This document shows, piece after piece, positions 53,300-54,626 of a DNA stretch of 54,626 nt. The notes under the pieces are model-generated. The model ran no database searches and was not told where the DNA came from. It saw only the letters and a program-made list of their open reading frames with translations. A program made the position numbers and the translations under genes. The stretch is from Myxococcota bacterium (lineage in GTDB: Bacteria > Myxococcota > XYA12-FULL-58-9 > JALHOP01): NCBI GenBank assembly GCA_041288095.1, contig JBGGMJ010000134.1:1-54626 (forward strand). The letters are read 5' to 3'. Numbering within the stretch: the first letter of the stretch is position 1; every line of letters begins with the position of its first letter.

Positions 53300-54553
53300 A
53301 TGTCGACTCAGGTGAGCGCCATTGCGGGCATTGGCCCGGTTGGCGTGGTGTTGTCCGGCGAAAGCGCGCCCTCTGGCGACGCCTCCGTCGGTGCGGCCCT
53401 GCCCATCGTCTCCGAGGTGCCACGGGCGCTACGCTTGGTCTCCGGCGGCGAGCATACCGGTTTGAGCTTGGCGTCTCCCGCCGGCGCACGGATGCGCATG
53501 GCGCAGGTCAGCGAATTCCCGCCCGAAATGCCGCTCACGCTCGAGGAACGTCAGGCAGCGATCCAAGACCTGGTGCGCGAGATCCTCACCGACCGCGCTC
53601 GCAACGTCGACACCACCGAGGCCGAGCAAGAAGTACTCGCCTATCTCTGGGACACGCCGCTTGGCGAGCGGCGCATTCTCGCGCAGTGGCTGGCGTCGAC
53701 CGCCGCTACCGGGCCCAGCGGCGAGACCATGTTCCTCGATCAGGTGCTCGACGAGACCCTCGAGGGCGACGCTTGGCGCAGCTTCTCGTTCTTCATGTAC
53801 CAGTACACCGCTGGGTTCGGTGACCGCGAGGTGCCGCCCGTCATCGTTGGCGGCGTCTACCATGCACCGGATTGGTGGTACACGACGCGGCCGTACGACC
53901 GTTACGAGCCGTACTGGCAATACCGACTGCCGTCGAGCTGTCCGTTCATCGACTTGCCGGTGGTGATCATCACCATCCCGCATCGCGGCCACTATCGCGG
54001 ACCGCACCGTGGGCGTGATTGGCACTACCCGCGCAATCATGGCGACCGCTGGCAACGTCCACCAAGGCGGCCAGGCCCGCGTCCGGAAGGACCGCGGCGA
54101 CCGGGCGGACACCGGCGTCCAGGGCCGGGCAGGCCGGGTGGTCCGCGTCGCCCGGAGGGTCCGCGCACACCGCCGCAAGGCCCACGCCTGCCGCCGCAAG
54201 GTCCGCGGCTCCCCCCACAAGGCCCCCGTGTGCCCCCGGAAGGCCCGCGCATGCCGCCAGAGGGTCCGCGCCGTCCGGAAGGTCCGCGTCTACCGCCGCA
54301 AGGTCCCCGCGTTCCTCCGGAAGGTCCGCGGCAGCCGCCACAGGGACCTCGTGGTCCAAACCGTCCCGAGGGTCCGCGTGGCCCCAATCGTCCGGAAGCC
54401 CCACGTGGCCCGCGCGGCGGCGAGCATCGCCCCGAGCCGCCACGGCAGCAGCCCCGGCCGACTCCGAACATTCCTCGACCCACCCCCAACATCCCGCGTC
54501 CCGCGCCAGGTCATGGCGGCGGTGAGCGCGGTGGTCGTGGGGGCCGTCGCTAA
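53300..54553 (+). CDS. Hypothetical protein with Pro/Arg/Gly-rich repeat tail
   Basis: 417-aa ORF starting MSTQVSAI; C-terminal P(Q/E)GPR repeats. Confidence 0.75.
   Translation: MSTQVSAIAGIGPVGVVLSGESAPSGDASVGAALPIVSEVPRALRLVSGGEHTGLSLASPAGARMRMAQVSEFPPEMPLTLEERQAAIQDLVREILTDRARNVDTTEAEQEVLAYLWDTPLGERRILAQWLASTAATGPSGETMFLDQVLDETLEGDAWRSFSFFMYQYTAGFGDREVPPVIVGGVYHAPDWWYTTRPYDRYEPYWQYRLPSSCPFIDLPVVIITIPHRGHYRGPHRGRDWHYPRNHGDRWQRPPRRPGPRPEGPRRPGGHRRPGPGRPGGPRRPEGPRTPPQGPRLPPQGPRLPPQGPRVPPEGPRMPPEGPRRPEGPRLPPQGPRVPPEGPRQPPQGPRGPNRPEGPRGPNRPEAPRGPRGGEHRPEPPRQQPRPTPNIPRPTPNIPRPAPGHGGGERGGRGGRR
54083..54411 (+). repeat. Coding tandem repeat, 12 copies of P(Q/E)GPR (mostly 18-21-nt units)
   Basis: For example ccgccgcaaggcccacgcctg / ccgccgcaaggtccgcggctc / cccccacaaggcccccgtgtg, with synonymous variation. 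Confidence 0.85.
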
Positions 54554-54626
54554 ACGCGCCGCATCCACATTGGTGCCGGTCGCCTCGTCCGCCAAAATGG
54601 ACGAGGCGGCCGTCACCAATCGATGA

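Noticed and set aside
54083..54411. Repeats as a CRISPR array
   Set aside because: Units are in-frame, degenerate at third codon positions and lack unique spacers; no cas genes.

Overview
High-GC chromosomal window with about 45 genes, most likely from a Myxococcota-like bacterium (inferred from a MYXO-CTERM-like tail, a myxobacterial-type PilZ protein, a DUF4388-like protein and many lipoproteins). It holds tRNA-Asp(GTC) with a TRAP/TatT (TPAT) transporter operon, tandem beta-helix lipoproteins, a c-di-GMP cluster (active and degenerate REC-GGDEF, PilZ, degenerate MshEN), nadK, an MMPL-TolC operon, several hydrolases, a serpin, a BPI/LBP-like protein, an NTT-like transporter and a TonB-dependent receptor. 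I found no CRISPR array, integrase or transposase. The most notable signal is a recurring sigma-28/FliA-like promoter, GCA(A/C)-N15/16-(G/C)(C/T)CGATA(A/C), in the correct orientation upstream of at least seven dispersed genes or operons. Most of these encode orphan proteins or enzymes (amidase, serpin, HAD phosphatase, a 3-gene helical operon) with low-complexity N-termini instead of Sec signal peptides; two of them start MS(L/T)QVSAI. I infer a candidate sigma-28 regulon of non-Sec (flagellar/T3SS-type) exported effectors. All family calls are from motif recognition by eye, not database searches.
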